Numbered from the stretch's first letter, positions 18,257 through 29,267 are shown. The stretch: 64,000 bases of DNA from Vulcanimicrobiota bacterium (GCA_963733295.1 CAVTCS010000003.1:2528001-2592000), one strand, 5' to 3'. A program made the numbers and translations. The notes: generated by a model from the letters alone, not told the origin.

Positions 18257-19846
18257 TTAGAGCACGGCCAGGCGCATATCGGCAAGCAAGCCCGCCACGT
18301 GCGCGTTGAAGCGGGCAGCGGCCGCGCCGTCGATCACGCGGTGATCGTACGACAGCGAGAGCGGCAGCATGAGCCTCGGCGCAAACTTGCGTCCGTTCCA
18401 AACCGGGCGCGTCGCCGCGCGGCTCGCACCCATGATCGCAACTTCGGGCGCGTTGACGATCGGTGAGAACGACGTCCCTCCGATGCCGCCGAGACTCGAG
18501 ATCGTAAACGAGCCACCGGCCATGTCGGAGGCGCTCAGCTTCCCGTCGCGCGCCTTGGCCGCGAGCGCGCGCGTCTCCGCGGCGATCGCGAGCACGCCCT
18601 TGAGATCCGCGCCCTTGATGACGGGAACGACGAGGCCGCCCGGCGTGTCGGCCGCAAATCCGATGTTGTAGTACTTCTTGAGAATGAGATGGTCGCCGTC
18701 GAGGGACGAATTGAAATCGGGGAACTTCACGAGCGCCGCGACGCAAGCTTTGATCAGGAAGGCTAAGATCGTTATCTTCGCGTCGGGGTTCTCGGCGTTG
18801 ACCTTTTGACGCAACGCTTCGAGGTCGGTAATGTCAGCTTCGTCATTGTTCGTGACGTGCGGGATCGTGATCCAATTGCGCTGCAGATTCGGCCCGGAAA
18901 GTTTTTGGATGCGCGTAAGCGGCTTGTTTTCGATCGCACCGTACTGCGCAAAATCAAGTTTCGGCCAGGGCGGCAGCGCGAACGGCATCGCGCCGCCCGC
19001 CGCCGGCGACGCGAGCGCCGCCTTCACGAAGCTTTGGACGTCTTCGCGCGTGATGCGGCCGCTCGGTCCCGAGCCGCGCACCGAACCGAGCGCGACGCCG
19101 AGTTCGCGCGCGAAGCGCCGGATCGATGGGCTCGCGTGCACGACGCTTCCAGCGCCTGCCGCCGGTTGAGGCGTGGAACTCGTGACGCTCGCGCTTGCCG
19201 CGGGTGGCGCAGCGCCGGCACTCGGCGCAGGTACGGGCGCGGCCGGCGCGACCTGCGCTGCCGCGGGAACCGGACCCGCCGCCGCGAGCGTGGCGATCAA
19301 GGCGCCCCGCGATACCCTATCGCCGGGCTTCAGCGCTACCGAGACGATGCGGCCGGCCTCGGTCGACGGGACTTCCATCGACGCTTTTTCCGATTCGAGA
19401 ACGACCAGCGGAGCCTCGCGCTCCACCACGTCGCCCGCTTTCACGACGACGTCGGTCACCGGAACGTCCTTGAAATCGCCGATGTCCGGAACGCGCAGCT
19501 CGATGACTCGCTCGCCCGGCGGCGCCGCATCCGAGGCGACCGCCGGTGGAGCTGGAGCTGCCGGCGCAGGCGCTGGCGCCCCCGGAGCTGCGCTCGGGGC
19601 TTGACCGTCGCCGCTCAACGTGAGCACCGCGCTGCCTTGCGAGACTTTGTCGCCGACCTTGATCGCGACGTCTTGCACGACACCGTTCGCGGGCGACGGA
19701 ACGTCCATCGCCGCTTTCTCCGACTCGAGCGTCACGAGCGGGTCGTCGATCTTGACCGTATCGCCCGGCTTGACAAGAACGTCGATGACCGCGATGTCCT
19801 TGAAATCACCGATGTTCGGGATGCGGACTTCGATCGCGGCGCTCAC
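18257..19846 (-). CDS. aceF: Dihydrolipoamide acetyltransferase (PDH E2), two lipoyl domains
   Basis: two 'ESEKA.M.VPS' lipoyl motifs, E3-binding 'HASPSIRRFARELGV', catalytic 'DHRVIDG'. Confidence 0.96.
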   Translation of the reverse strand: MSAAIEVRIPNIGDFKDIAVIDVLVKPGDTVKIDDPLVTLESEKAAMDVPSPANGVVQDVAIKVGDKVSQGSAVLTLSGDGQAPSAAPGAPAPAPAAPAPPAVASDAAPPGERVIELRVPDIGDFKDVPVTDVVVKAGDVVEREAPLVVLESEKASMEVPSTEAGRIVSVALKPGDRVSRGALIATLAAAGPVPAAAQVAPAAPVPAPSAGAAPPAASASVTSSTPQPAAGAGSVVHASPSIRRFARELGVALGSVRGSGPSGRITREDVQSFVKAALASPAAGGAMPFALPPWPKLDFAQYGAIENKPLTRIQKLSGPNLQRNWITIPHVTNNDEADITDLEALRQKVNAENPDAKITILAFLIKACVAALVKFPDFNSSLDGDHLILKKYYNIGFAADTPGGLVVPVIKGADLKGVLAIAAETRALAAKARDGKLSASDMAGGSFTISSLGGIGGTSFSPIVNAPEVAIMGASRAATRPVWNGRKFAPRLMLPLSLSYDHRVIDGAAAARFNAHVAGLLADMRLAVL

Positions 19847-19852
19847 GCTCTT

Positions 19853-22522
19853 CTAGACCGTCACCGGATTGGGTTTGTTCGGATCGATATGGTACTTCGC
19901 GAGCGCCTCGGACACGCGCGAGGCGGGGACGATCCCGTCGTCGGCCAGCGCTTTGAGCGCCGCGAGCGCAACGTAGTGGCGATCGACCTCGAAGAACTCG
20001 CGCAGTCTTCGCCGGAAGTCGCTGCGCCCGTAGCCGTCGGTACCCAGCACGCGATAGCGCCGGTCGACGAAAGGCCGGATCTGATCGGCGTAAGCCTTCA
20101 TATAGTCGGTCGAAGCGACGACGGGTCCCGCGGGGCGTTCCGCCAAACGCAGCTCGACGAACGAGCGCCGCGGCGGTTCTTCGGGGTGAAGCATGTTGGA
20201 GCGCGTGGCATCCAAGCCGTCGCGGCGCAACTCATTGAAGCTCGTGACGCTCCAGACGTCGGACTGCACGTCGAAATCGACGGCCAGCAGGTCGGCGCCG
20301 GCGATCACCTCGCGCAGGATCGCCCCCGAGCCGAGCAACTGCACGCGCGGTTTGTTCGTGGGGGCACCTGCATCGCGCAGCAAGTACATCCCCTTGAGGA
20401 TACCTTCACGCGCGCCCTCGGGCATTGCGGGATGCTCGTAGTTCTCGTTCAGTACGGTGATGTAGTAGTAGACGTCCTCTTGCTCCGCGAGCATGCGGCG
20501 CAAACCGTCCTGCACGATCACGGCGACTTCGTAAGCGTACGTCGGATCGTACGAGACGCAGTTCGGCACGAAGGAAGCGTAGAGCTGGCTCTGACCGTCT
20601 TCGTGCTGAAGTCCTTCACCGTTGAGCGTCGTGCGGCCCGAGGTCCCGCCGATCAGAAAACCGCGGCTGCGCATGTCGCCTGCGGCCCAGGCGAGATCCC
20701 CGACGCGCTGGAAGCCGAACATCGAGTAGAAGATGTAGAACGGAATCATCTGCTCGTTGCTGGTCGAATACGCCGTGGCCGCCGCGATCCACGAGCACAT
20801 CGCGCCGGCTTCGTTGATGCCCTCTTGCAACAGCTGCCCGTTCTTCGACTCGCGATAGTACATCAGCTGGGCCGCATCTTGCGGCTTGTACAACTGTCCG
20901 AGAGGCGAGTAGATCGCGACCTGCCGGAAGAGACCTTCCATGCCGAACGTGCGCGTCTCGTCGGCCACGATCGGCACGACGCGCGCGCCGAGGTTCTTGT
21001 CGCGCAGCAGCGTGCCGAGCACGCGCACGAAGGCCATCGTCGTCGAAATCTCGCGTCCGCTGCCGGTCGCCTTGAGCTGCGCCTCGAACGCTTCGAGCGC
21101 CGGCACGGTCACGGAGACCGACGAACGCCGCCTGCGCTGCGGCACGACCCCTAGCACCCGCTGCCGTTCGCGGAGATATGCGAGCTCCGGGCTGTCCTCC
21201 GAAGGACGGTAGAACGGCACCTTGCCGATGTCGGCGTCCGAGACCGGAATCGAGAAGCGATCGCGGAACTGGCGCATCGCGGCTAGATCGAGGTGCTTCT
21301 GCTGGTGGGCGATATTTTGCGCCTCGCCGGACGAACCCATCCCATAGCCCTTGATCGTTTTCGCGAGGACGACCGTCGGTTCGCCGACGTGGTCGACCGC
21401 TGCCTTGAAAGCCGCGTAAACCTTGCGGGGGTCGTGACCGCCGCGTTGCAACGCCCAAATTTGAGCGTCGGTCCAATTCGCGACGAGCGCCGCCGTCTCG
21501 GGATAGCGTCCGAAGAAGTGCTCGCGCACGTAGGCACCGTCGTTGGCCTTGAACGTTTGATAGTCGCCGTCGACGCATTCGTTCATGAGTTGGACGAGTC
21601 GTCCGGACTGATCGGCGGCGAGCAGTGGATCCCAATTGCTGCCCCAGATCACTTTGAGAACGTTCCAGCCCGAACCGCGGAACTCTCGCTCAAGCTCCTG
21701 AATGATTTTCCCGTTCCCACGCACCGGTCCGTCGAGCCGCTGCAGGTTGGCGTTCACGACGAAAATCAGATTGTCGAGACCTTCGCGGGCCGCAACGGAG
21801 ATCGCACCGAGGGATTCGGGTTCGTCGACTTCACCGTCGCCGATGAAGGCCCAAACCTTGCGACCGGTCGTGTCGACGATGCCGCGATCGTGTAAGTACT
21901 TAAGGAAGCGCGCCTGATAGATCGCCTGGATCGGGCCGAGGCCCATCGAGACCGTCGCGAATTGCCAGAAGTCCGGCATCAACCAAGGGTGGGGATACGA
22001 CGACAAACCCTTGCCGCCGACTTCTTGACGGAAGTGCGCCAGTTGCTCCTCGCTGAGGCGACCCTCGAGGAAGGCGCGTGAGTACACGCCGGGCGCCGAA
22101 TGGCCTTGGAAGAAGACGAGGTCGCCGCCGAACGTGTCGCTCGGCCCGCGGAAAAAATGGTTGAAGCCGACGTCGTACAGGGTGGCCGACGAGCCGAAGC
22201 TCGCAACGTGACCGCCGAGCTCCGACGAGGTCTCGTTGGCGCGAACCACCATCGCCATCGCGTTCCAGCGAATGTAATGACGAATGCGCGTTTCCAGCTC
22301 TTCGTTACCGGGCATTTGCGCTTGCTGCGAGGGCGGAATCGTATTGACGTACGGCGTCTGCACGCCCAACTCGACGTGCGCGCCGCCGGTTTGCGCGCGC
22401 TCGACGATGCGTTCGACGAGCTCCTGAGCGCGGCGTGGCCCTTCGTGTACGAGCACGCCGTCGAGCGCCTCTAGCCAGTCTTGCGTTTCTTGCGGGTCGG
22501 GATCGAGCGTGCGCGTCGTCAT
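19853..22522 (-). CDS. aceE: Pyruvate dehydrogenase E1, homodimeric type
   Basis: 'DPDPQETQDWLEAL', 'GDGEVDEPES', 'NLQRLDGPVRGNGKIIQELE', 'GRTTLNGEGLQHED'. Confidence 0.97.
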   Translation of the reverse strand: MTTRTLDPDPQETQDWLEALDGVLVHEGPRRAQELVERIVERAQTGGAHVELGVQTPYVNTIPPSQQAQMPGNEELETRIRHYIRWNAMAMVVRANETSSELGGHVASFGSSATLYDVGFNHFFRGPSDTFGGDLVFFQGHSAPGVYSRAFLEGRLSEEQLAHFRQEVGGKGLSSYPHPWLMPDFWQFATVSMGLGPIQAIYQARFLKYLHDRGIVDTTGRKVWAFIGDGEVDEPESLGAISVAAREGLDNLIFVVNANLQRLDGPVRGNGKIIQELEREFRGSGWNVLKVIWGSNWDPLLAADQSGRLVQLMNECVDGDYQTFKANDGAYVREHFFGRYPETAALVANWTDAQIWALQRGGHDPRKVYAAFKAAVDHVGEPTVVLAKTIKGYGMGSSGEAQNIAHQQKHLDLAAMRQFRDRFSIPVSDADIGKVPFYRPSEDSPELAYLRERQRVLGVVPQRRRRSSVSVTVPALEAFEAQLKATGSGREISTTMAFVRVLGTLLRDKNLGARVVPIVADETRTFGMEGLFRQVAIYSPLGQLYKPQDAAQLMYYRESKNGQLLQEGINEAGAMCSWIAAATAYSTSNEQMIPFYIFYSMFGFQRVGDLAWAAGDMRSRGFLIGGTSGRTTLNGEGLQHEDGQSQLYASFVPNCVSYDPTYAYEVAVIVQDGLRRMLAEQEDVYYYITVLNENYEHPAMPEGAREGILKGMYLLRDAGAPTNKPRVQLLGSGAILREVIAGADLLAVDFDVQSDVWSVTSFNELRRDGLDATRSNMLHPEEPPRRSFVELRLAERPAGPVVASTDYMKAYADQIRPFVDRRYRVLGTDGYGRSDFRRRLREFFEVDRHYVALAALKALADDGIVPASRVSEALAKYHIDPNKPNPVTV

Positions 22523-22626
22523 GCCGTTTGCTTCAGCCGGCGCCGGCGGCTTCCCCATGCGCGGATGGGTCCACTCCGTTCGTTGGAGCGGTCCAAATCG
22601 AAAGCGCGTGGAACAGTTCGACTGTT

Positions 22627-23010
22627 ATGAGTGGTAACTTCGCTCGGCTGATAGCCGTCGCCGTCGTGCTGTGCTCCGCGAGCCCGGCCGCGGCCGACAA
22701 GAATCTGACGTGGGTTGGAACCGTGACCGCTGCCAATTCGAAGCAAGTCAACGTGCATGCGAACCAGCAGAACCAGATCTTCATCATTGGGGGCGGTTTC
22801 CAAGGCGTCTACGCCGGCGGCCATCACCATACGACGCAATACCTCAAGAAGGGCATGTACGTGCGCGTCGCCTACCGCCAGGCGAGCCTCTTCGGCGCGA
22901 ACTACGCGACCCAGATCGACGTCCTCCAGTCGCACATCAGCATTCCGATCGCGACCCCAGGGGGCTCGATCACACTTCCCTCGTCCAAGCCGGGACCGTC
23001 CCACACGTAG
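22627..23010 (+). CDS. Secreted hypothetical small beta-barrel protein
   Basis: signal peptide; 'LK.GM.VRV.Y' OB/DUF5666-like pattern. Confidence 0.7.
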   Translation: MSGNFARLIAVAVVLCSASPAAADKNLTWVGTVTAANSKQVNVHANQQNQIFIIGGGFQGVYAGGHHHTTQYLKKGMYVRVAYRQASLFGANYATQIDVLQSHISIPIATPGGSITLPSSKPGPSHT

Positions 23011-23020
23011 CAGGACCTTT

Positions 23021-23037
23021 ACTTTGCCTCACAAAGT
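23021..23037. promoter_or_regulatory. Palindromic operator ACTTTG-n5-CAAAGT
   Basis: perfect inverted repeat immediately upstream of the SD of the operon containing a winged-helix regulator. Confidence 0.6.
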
Positions 23038-23045
23038 GAGGTGAA

Positions 23046-23660
23046 ATGGAAGTCCGTCAGGCTATCGCGGACCTGGCCGAGGTCCGCGACCGGCTCGCGA
23101 AGATTCAGCGCTTCGACGGCTACTCGGGCTGGGCGGCGATTGCCAGCGGCTTTGCCGCCCTGGCCGCGGGCGGTGTGCAGTTTGCGCTCGTTCCCCACCC
23201 CGTGGGTGCCGGACGCAACGCCTACCTCGGGATTTGGCTCGGCTGCCTCGTCGTCGCGCTCGCGATCAACTACGGCGCGATCGTCGTCTGGCGCGCGCGC
23301 AACAAGGGCGCGCAGGCTCGCGTGCAAATTCGCACGGTCGGCATGACGATTCTGCCGGCGATCGTCGCCGGCGGCGTGATCACGCTCGCCCTCGTTTCGC
23401 GCGGAGTCTTCGATCTGCTGCCCGGTGTTTGGTGCACGACCTATGGTCTGGGCATCTTCGCATCGCGCGCGATGGTGCCGCGCGACGTTGCGTACGTCGC
23501 AGCCGGCTTCGGTGCGTTCGGGACGCTGCTCTTACTCGTTCCCGGCATCGGTCCGCTCGATTGGTGGGTCATGCCGGCCGCCTTCGGACTCGGTCAAATC
23601 GCCATCGGCGCCGCCGTTCGCGCCGAAGGTCACCACAACGCGAGGCTATCGACTCGATGA
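23046..23660 (+). CDS. Integral membrane hypothetical protein
   Basis: GAGGTG SD; 'A..DL..VR..L' N-terminus, ~6 TM; ATGA overlap with the next gene. Confidence 0.85.
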   Translation: MEVRQAIADLAEVRDRLAKIQRFDGYSGWAAIASGFAALAAGGVQFALVPHPVGAGRNAYLGIWLGCLVVALAINYGAIVVWRARNKGAQARVQIRTVGMTILPAIVAGGVITLALVSRGVFDLLPGVWCTTYGLGIFASRAMVPRDVAYVAAGFGAFGTLLLLVPGIGPLDWWVMPAAFGLGQIAIGAAVRAEGHHNARLSTR

Positions 23661-24022
23661 AACCACCTGCACCTTTCGCTTACGAAGGTCTCGAGCGAAT
23701 CTTTCACGAGCGAGGGCGGCTTGCCGTGTGCACGTGTCTGATCGCAAACGAAAACGGACTCACCTTCAAACAACTCCAAGACGCCTGCGCCTTGACGGAC
23801 GGTAACCTGAACCGGCACTTGCACGCGCTGGCCGAGACCGAGATCGTGACGCTGGAACGCATGCGCGGTCCGGGCCGTCCTACCACGACCGTGCGCATCA
23901 CCGACTCCGGAAAAGCGCGCTTTCTCGCCTACATCGACGAACTTGAGGGCGTCATCCGCGCGGTGCACGCGAGCGACGCCGAACGCGACGCAGCGCTCAA
24001 GTTGCGACTGGCCACGTCATGA
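23657..24022 (+). CDS. Winged-helix transcriptional regulator (HTH_34/ArsR-like)
   Basis: 'IFHERGRLA', 'TF..L...C.LTDGNLNRHL..L', 'RPTTT.RIT..G..RF..Y...LE'. Confidence 0.88.
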   Translation: MKPPAPFAYEGLERIFHERGRLAVCTCLIANENGLTFKQLQDACALTDGNLNRHLHALAETEIVTLERMRGPGRPTTTVRITDSGKARFLAYIDELEGVIRAVHASDAERDAALKLRLATS

Positions 24023-24750
24023 TCGAACGCGCTCACGCCCCCGCCCTCGCGCCCGGTGCCGGCGCGCGCCACGTTGCGATCATCATGGACGGCAACCGTC
24101 GCTGGGCGCAGAGCCGCCAACTCGCGGGCATCGAAGGTCATCGCGCCGGCGCGAACGCGCTGAGCGCGACGGCCCGCGCGGCCGCGCGCGCAGGGATCGA
24201 GTTCCTTACCGTCTTCGCGTTCTCGGAAGAGAATTGGCGCCGCGATCCCGAGGAAGTTTCGCTCCTGATGGATCTCATGCGCGCGTTTTCCGAACGCGAA
24301 GCACTCTCGCTCGGCGGCGAAGGCGTCCGCATCCGGCCTATCGGACGGATTGCCGAGCTACCGGAAGCGCCGCGCAGCGCGCTGCTCGCGTTGGAAGCTG
24401 CGACGGCGCAGAACGCGGGGCTTACGCTCAACATCGCCGTGAATTACGGGGCGCGGACCGAACTGTGCGACGCGATTCGGGCGCTGGCGCGCGAAGTCGC
24501 CGCCGGAAATTTGAGCGCCGCAGCGATCGACGGCGACGTACTCGCGAGCTACCTTTACACCGCAGGGCTGCCCGATCCGGATTTGCTGATTCGGACCGGC
24601 GGCGAGCTGCGCGTTTCGAACTTCTTGCTTTACCAGATCGCCTACACCGAGCTGTGGTCGACGCCGGTCTGCTGGCCCGATTTCAACGAAAGCCACCTGC
24701 GGGAGGCCCTCGGCGCGTTCGCATCGCGCCAGCGACGCTTCGGAACCTAG
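24019..24750 (+). CDS. uppS: Polyprenyl (undecaprenyl) diphosphate synthase
   Basis: 'HVAIIMDGNRRWA', 'AFSEENWRR', 'DLLIRTGGELRVSNFLLYQ.AY.E'. Confidence 0.95.
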   Translation: MIERAHAPALAPGAGARHVAIIMDGNRRWAQSRQLAGIEGHRAGANALSATARAAARAGIEFLTVFAFSEENWRRDPEEVSLLMDLMRAFSEREALSLGGEGVRIRPIGRIAELPEAPRSALLALEAATAQNAGLTLNIAVNYGARTELCDAIRALAREVAAGNLSAAAIDGDVLASYLYTAGLPDPDLLIRTGGELRVSNFLLYQIAYTELWSTPVCWPDFNESHLREALGAFASRQRRFGT

Positions 24751-24795
24751 GAATGCGTTAAGGGTCTGCCCCGGCCACGTGCTATAATGAAGTAC

Positions 24796-26622
24796 GTGAG
24801 TACGCGTTCCGACATACGTAATATTGCCATCATCGCCCACGTCGACCACGGAAAGACGACGCTGGTCGACGCCATGCTCAAGCAGAGCGGCGTTTTTCGA
24901 GAGGGGCAAGCCGTCGGCACGCGCCTGATGGATACGAATCCGCTCGAACGCGAACGCGGCATCACGATCCTCGCCAAGAATACGGCGATCCGTCACGGAG
25001 CGTACAAGTACAATATCGTCGACACGCCCGGCCACGCCGACTTCGGTGGGGAGGTCGAGCGGGTGTTGCAGATGGTTCAGGGCGTCCTCTTGCTCGTCGA
25101 CGCGGCCGAAGGCGTCATGCCGCAAACGCGTTTCGTGCTGCGCAAGGCACTGGAACTCGATCTGCGGGCGATCGTCGTCATCAACAAAATCGATCGCAAG
25201 GACGCGCGAGCGGCAGAGGTCGTCAACGAAGTCTTCGACTTGTTCATCGAACTCGGGGCCAGCGACGAGCAAGCCGATTTTGCGGTGGTCTACACGAACG
25301 GCCGCGCCGGTATCGCCAAACGCCGGCTCGAGGACGAAAGCAGCGACCTCGAGCCCCTCTTCGAGACGATTGCAGAGCGCGTCCCGGAAGCGCCGGCCGA
25401 AGAAGGCCCCTTTCAGATGCTCGTTTCCGCGATCGACCACAACCGCTACGTCGGACGTATCGGGATCGGCCGCGTCTTCCGCGGCAGCTCTCGCATCGGC
25501 GCACCGATCGCAAAAGTCGCGCGCGACGGAACCGTCGAGACGGGCTTGCGTTTGACGAAACTGCTGACGTTCGCGGGACTCGAACGCATCGAGGTCGAGG
25601 AAGCCGACGCCGGCGACATCGTCTGCGTATCGGGCATCGACGGGCTCAACATCGGCGACACGATCGCCGACTCCGCATCGCCCGAGGGCATTCACGCGGT
25701 GGCCGTCGACGAGCCGACCGTCTCGATGTCGTTCATGGTCAATGCCTCACCCTTCGTCGGGAAAGAAGGCAAGCTTCTGACGTCGCGGCAGATTCGCGAA
25801 CGCCTGATGCGCGAACTCGAGTCGAACGTCGCGCTGCGCGTCGCCGACACCGACAGCGCCGACACGTTCGAGGTGCGCGGACGCGGCGAGCTGCATCTGT
25901 CGATTTTGATCGAGACGATGCGACGCGAAGGCTACGAGTTGGCCGTCTCCAAACCGCAAGTCATTCTGACCGAACGCGACGGCAAGAAGTACGAACCGGT
26001 CGAGTACGTCGTCATCGACGTGCAAGAAGACTACGCCGGCTCGGTGATCGAGTCGCTCGGCAAGCGCAAGGCGATCATGTCCAACATGGTCAACGTCGGC
26101 GACACGCGGCGTCTCGAGTATACGATGCCGACGCGAGCCATCTTCGGGCTGCGCGGCGAACTGTTGACGCTGACTCGCGGCACCGCCGTCATGTCGCATA
26201 CCTACTACGACCATCAACCTTGGAGCGGCGAGATTCCCGGACGCAACGTCGGCGCGCTGGTGGCCAGCGATACCGGTGCGGTGACGGGTTACGCATTGAT
26301 GGGGCTCGAACAGCGCGGCCGCTTCTTCATCGGCCCCGGCACCGAGGTTTACGAAGGCATGGTCGTCGGCCGCGCCAACGACGATCGCGACGTCGCGATC
26401 AACGTCGTCAAGGCCAAGAAACTGACCAACATGCGCGCCGCCGGAACCGACGAGAACGTGCGGCTCGCGCCGCCGGAAGAACTCTCCTTAGAGCGGGCGA
26501 TCGAATTCATCGAAGACGACGAGCTCGTCGAGGTGACGCCGAAGTCGATCCGGATTCGTAAACGTCTGCTGAGCGAGACCGAGCGCCTGCGCGAACGCAA
26601 ACGCGAGAAGGTCACCGCCTAA
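24796..26622 (+). CDS. typA: Translational GTPase TypA/BipA
   Basis: 'RNIAIIAHVDHGKTTLVD', 'DTPGHADFGGEVER', 'GRGELHLSILIETMRREG'; start GTG 24796 (alternative ATG 24787). Confidence 0.97.
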   Translation: MSTRSDIRNIAIIAHVDHGKTTLVDAMLKQSGVFREGQAVGTRLMDTNPLERERGITILAKNTAIRHGAYKYNIVDTPGHADFGGEVERVLQMVQGVLLLVDAAEGVMPQTRFVLRKALELDLRAIVVINKIDRKDARAAEVVNEVFDLFIELGASDEQADFAVVYTNGRAGIAKRRLEDESSDLEPLFETIAERVPEAPAEEGPFQMLVSAIDHNRYVGRIGIGRVFRGSSRIGAPIAKVARDGTVETGLRLTKLLTFAGLERIEVEEADAGDIVCVSGIDGLNIGDTIADSASPEGIHAVAVDEPTVSMSFMVNASPFVGKEGKLLTSRQIRERLMRELESNVALRVADTDSADTFEVRGRGELHLSILIETMRREGYELAVSKPQVILTERDGKKYEPVEYVVIDVQEDYAGSVIESLGKRKAIMSNMVNVGDTRRLEYTMPTRAIFGLRGELLTLTRGTAVMSHTYYDHQPWSGEIPGRNVGALVASDTGAVTGYALMGLEQRGRFFIGPGTEVYEGMVVGRANDDRDVAINVVKAKKLTNMRAAGTDENVRLAPPEELSLERAIEFIEDDELVEVTPKSIRIRKRLLSETERLRERKREKVTA

Positions 26623-26627
26623 CGGCG

Positions 26628-29267
26628 CTAGCCGTGCGGCGCCTCGGCCTCGAGGCGCACCGTCGGCTCGCCCGCGAAGGTCAGTTCGCCGCGGTCGCGG
26701 TCGTAGTCGATCCGCACGGTCATGCCTTCGAGGATCTCGCCCGAGAGGATCTTCCGTGCCAGCGGCGTCTCCAGCTCGCGCTGGATCGTCCGTTTCAACG
26801 GTCGCGCTCCGTAGACCGGATCGTAACCGTCCTTGACGATGTGTCGCACCGCCGCCGGCGTCAGCTCGATCGTGATGCGGCGGTCGACGAGCCGTTTGCG
26901 CAAACGTTCCAGTTGGATCTCGACGATCTTCTCGAGATCGCTTTCGCTCAGTGCGGTGAAGACGACGATCTCGTCGACGCGGTTGAGAAACTCGGGCTTG
27001 AAGTTGCGGCGTAGTTCGTCGAGCACGGTGGCACGCATCACGGCGTAGTCCGCACCGCTCTGACCCGAGAAATCGAGGATCCGATGACTCCCGATATTCG
27101 AGGTCATGATGATGATCGTGTTCTTGAAGTCGACCGTGCGACCCTGACCGTCGGTCAAGCGTCCGTCGTCGAGAATCTGCAAGAATGCGTTGAAGACGTC
27201 CGGCGCAGCCTTCTCGATCTCGTCGAAAAGCACCACGGCGAATGGACGGCGGCGCACGGCCTCGGTCAACTGACCGCCCTCGTCGTAACCCACGTAACCG
27301 GGCGGCGCACCGATCAAACGGGCGACGCTGTGCTTCTCCTGGTATTCCGACATGTCGATCCGAATGAGCGCGCGCTCGTCATCGAACAGGTAGCTCGCCA
27401 GCGCACGCGCCAACTCGGTCTTGCCGACCCCGGTCGGCCCGAGAAAGATGAACGAACCGATCGGACGATTGGGATCGGAGAGACCCGAGCGCGCTCGCAC
27501 GATCGCATCGGCGACCGCATCGACCGCCTCGTTCTGTCCGACGACGCGCTTGTGCAGTTCTTCGGGAAGCCGCAAGAGTTTGCGCATCTCGCCTTCCAAC
27601 AGGCGCGAAACCGGAATCCCCGTCCAACGGCTGACTACGTCGGCGATGTCCTCTTCGTCGACTTCTTCCTTAAGCAAACGCGGCCGGCCGTCCGAACTCA
27701 GGCTGGCTTCATCGGCGTGCAAGCGCTTCTCGAGTTCGGCCAATTTGCCGTAGCGCAGTTCCGCGACGCGGTTCAGGTCGTATTGGCGCTCGGCCCGCTC
27801 GATCTCGGTTTTGACCTGATCGATCTGCGCGCGCAGATCGCGCAGTCCTTGAACGGCGCCCTTCTCTTGCTGCCAGCGCGCTTTGATCTCATCGGTCTGG
27901 GAACGCAGCTCGGCGAGCTCCTTTTCGATGCGCGTCAAACGCTGCTTCGAGCCTTCGTCGCTCTCTTTTTTGAGCGCCTCGCGCTCGATCTCGAGCTGCA
28001 TGATACGGCGCGACGCCTCGTCGAGTTCGGAGGGCATCGAATCGATCTCGGTACGCAGCTTCGCTGCGGCTTCGTCGACGAGATCGATCGCTTTGTCGGG
28101 TAGGAAGCGGTCCGAGATATAGCGGTTCGAAAGCGTCGCGGCTGCGACCAGCGCCGAATCCTTGATGCGTACGCCGTGATGCAGCTCGTAGCGCTCGCGC
28201 AAGCCCCGCAGAATCGAAATCGTATCCTCGACGCTCGGCTGGTCGACGAACACCGGCTGAAAACGGCGTTCGAGGGCGGCATCCTTTTCGATGTACTTGC
28301 GGTACTCGTCAAGCGTCGTGGCGCCGATCATGTGCAATTCGCCGCGCGCCAAAAGCGGCTTGAGCAAATTTCCCGCATCCATCGAGCCTTCGGTTCGGCC
28401 CGCTCCGACGACGTTGTGAAGCTCGTCGACGAACAGGAGGATGCGTCCCTCGGATGCCTGGACGTCTTTCAGAACCGCCTTGAGGCGCTCTTCGAACTCG
28501 CCGCGGTATTTCGCGCCCGCGATCAGCGCGCCCATGTCGAGCGAAACGATGCGGCGGTCTTTGAGACCTTCGGGAACGTCGCCGCGCACGATGCGCTGCG
28601 CGAGACCCTCCACGATCGCCGTCTTGCCGACACCGGGCTCGCCGATCAGCACCGGATTGTTCTTAGTGCGGCGCGAGAGCACTTGAATGACGCGGCGGAT
28701 TTCGTCGTCGCGCCCGATCACCGGGTCGAGTTTGCCGGTCTCGGCGGCGCGCGTAAGATCTTGGCCGTAACGCTCGAGCGACTGGTACGTTCCCTCCGGG
28801 TTCTGCGAGGTGACGCGCTGGTTACCGCGCACTTCTTTGAGCGCCGCGAGCGCCTTTTCGCGCGTCAAGCCGGCGGAGCGCAGAAGCTTTCCCGCCGCAC
28901 TACCCTCGTCCAAGAGAGCGAGCAGCAAGTGCTCGACCGACACGTAGTCGTCGTTGAGTTTCTCGGCTTCGTCGGCGGCCGCGAGCAACACGCGGTTCGC
29001 GCGCCCCGAGAGGGTCGCTTGCTGCTCCGCGGCATTCGCGCCGGACATGCGCGGCAGAGCCGCGACCGCCGCGTCGGCCTTCGACGCGACGCTGCGCGGG
29101 TCGATCCCCGCCTTCTCGAGCAGTGCGGGCACGATGCCCTGATCCTGCGCCAGCAGCGCGGCCAGGACGTGCTCGGGTTCGACGCTGGAATTGCGCTCCC
29201 GAAGGGCCCGTTGGTATGCGGCGTTGAGCGCTTCCCTGACGCGCTCGGTCATCTTCTCAGCGTTCAT
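26628..29267 (-). CDS. clpB: ATP-dependent chaperone ClpB
   Basis: two AAA+ modules ([16 protein letters not shown]), long coiled-coil M domain, Clp N repeats. Confidence 0.97.
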   Translation of the reverse strand: MNAEKMTERVREALNAAYQRALRERNSSVEPEHVLAALLAQDQGIVPALLEKAGIDPRSVASKADAAVAALPRMSGANAAEQQATLSGRANRVLLAAADEAEKLNDDYVSVEHLLLALLDEGSAAGKLLRSAGLTREKALAALKEVRGNQRVTSQNPEGTYQSLERYGQDLTRAAETGKLDPVIGRDDEIRRVIQVLSRRTKNNPVLIGEPGVGKTAIVEGLAQRIVRGDVPEGLKDRRIVSLDMGALIAGAKYRGEFEERLKAVLKDVQASEGRILLFVDELHNVVGAGRTEGSMDAGNLLKPLLARGELHMIGATTLDEYRKYIEKDAALERRFQPVFVDQPSVEDTISILRGLRERYELHHGVRIKDSALVAAATLSNRYISDRFLPDKAIDLVDEAAAKLRTEIDSMPSELDEASRRIMQLEIEREALKKESDEGSKQRLTRIEKELAELRSQTDEIKARWQQEKGAVQGLRDLRAQIDQVKTEIERAERQYDLNRVAELRYGKLAELEKRLHADEASLSSDGRPRLLKEEVDEEDIADVVSRWTGIPVSRLLEGEMRKLLRLPEELHKRVVGQNEAVDAVADAIVRARSGLSDPNRPIGSFIFLGPTGVGKTELARALASYLFDDERALIRIDMSEYQEKHSVARLIGAPPGYVGYDEGGQLTEAVRRRPFAVVLFDEIEKAAPDVFNAFLQILDDGRLTDGQGRTVDFKNTIIIMTSNIGSHRILDFSGQSGADYAVMRATVLDELRRNFKPEFLNRVDEIVVFTALSESDLEKIVEIQLERLRKRLVDRRITIELTPAAVRHIVKDGYDPVYGARPLKRTIQRELETPLARKILSGEILEGMTVRIDYDRDRGELTFAGEPTVRLEAEAPHG

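Noticed and set aside
18806..21154. 782-aa plus-strand ORF and other long antisense ORFs (e.g. 24358-25695, 28176-29438, 38537-39763, 55070-57013)
   Set aside because: Shadow frames of GC-rich housekeeping genes with Arg-rich, motif-free translations.
18257..22522. aceE-aceF without an adjacent lpd gene
   Set aside because: E3 is commonly encoded elsewhere; not unusual.
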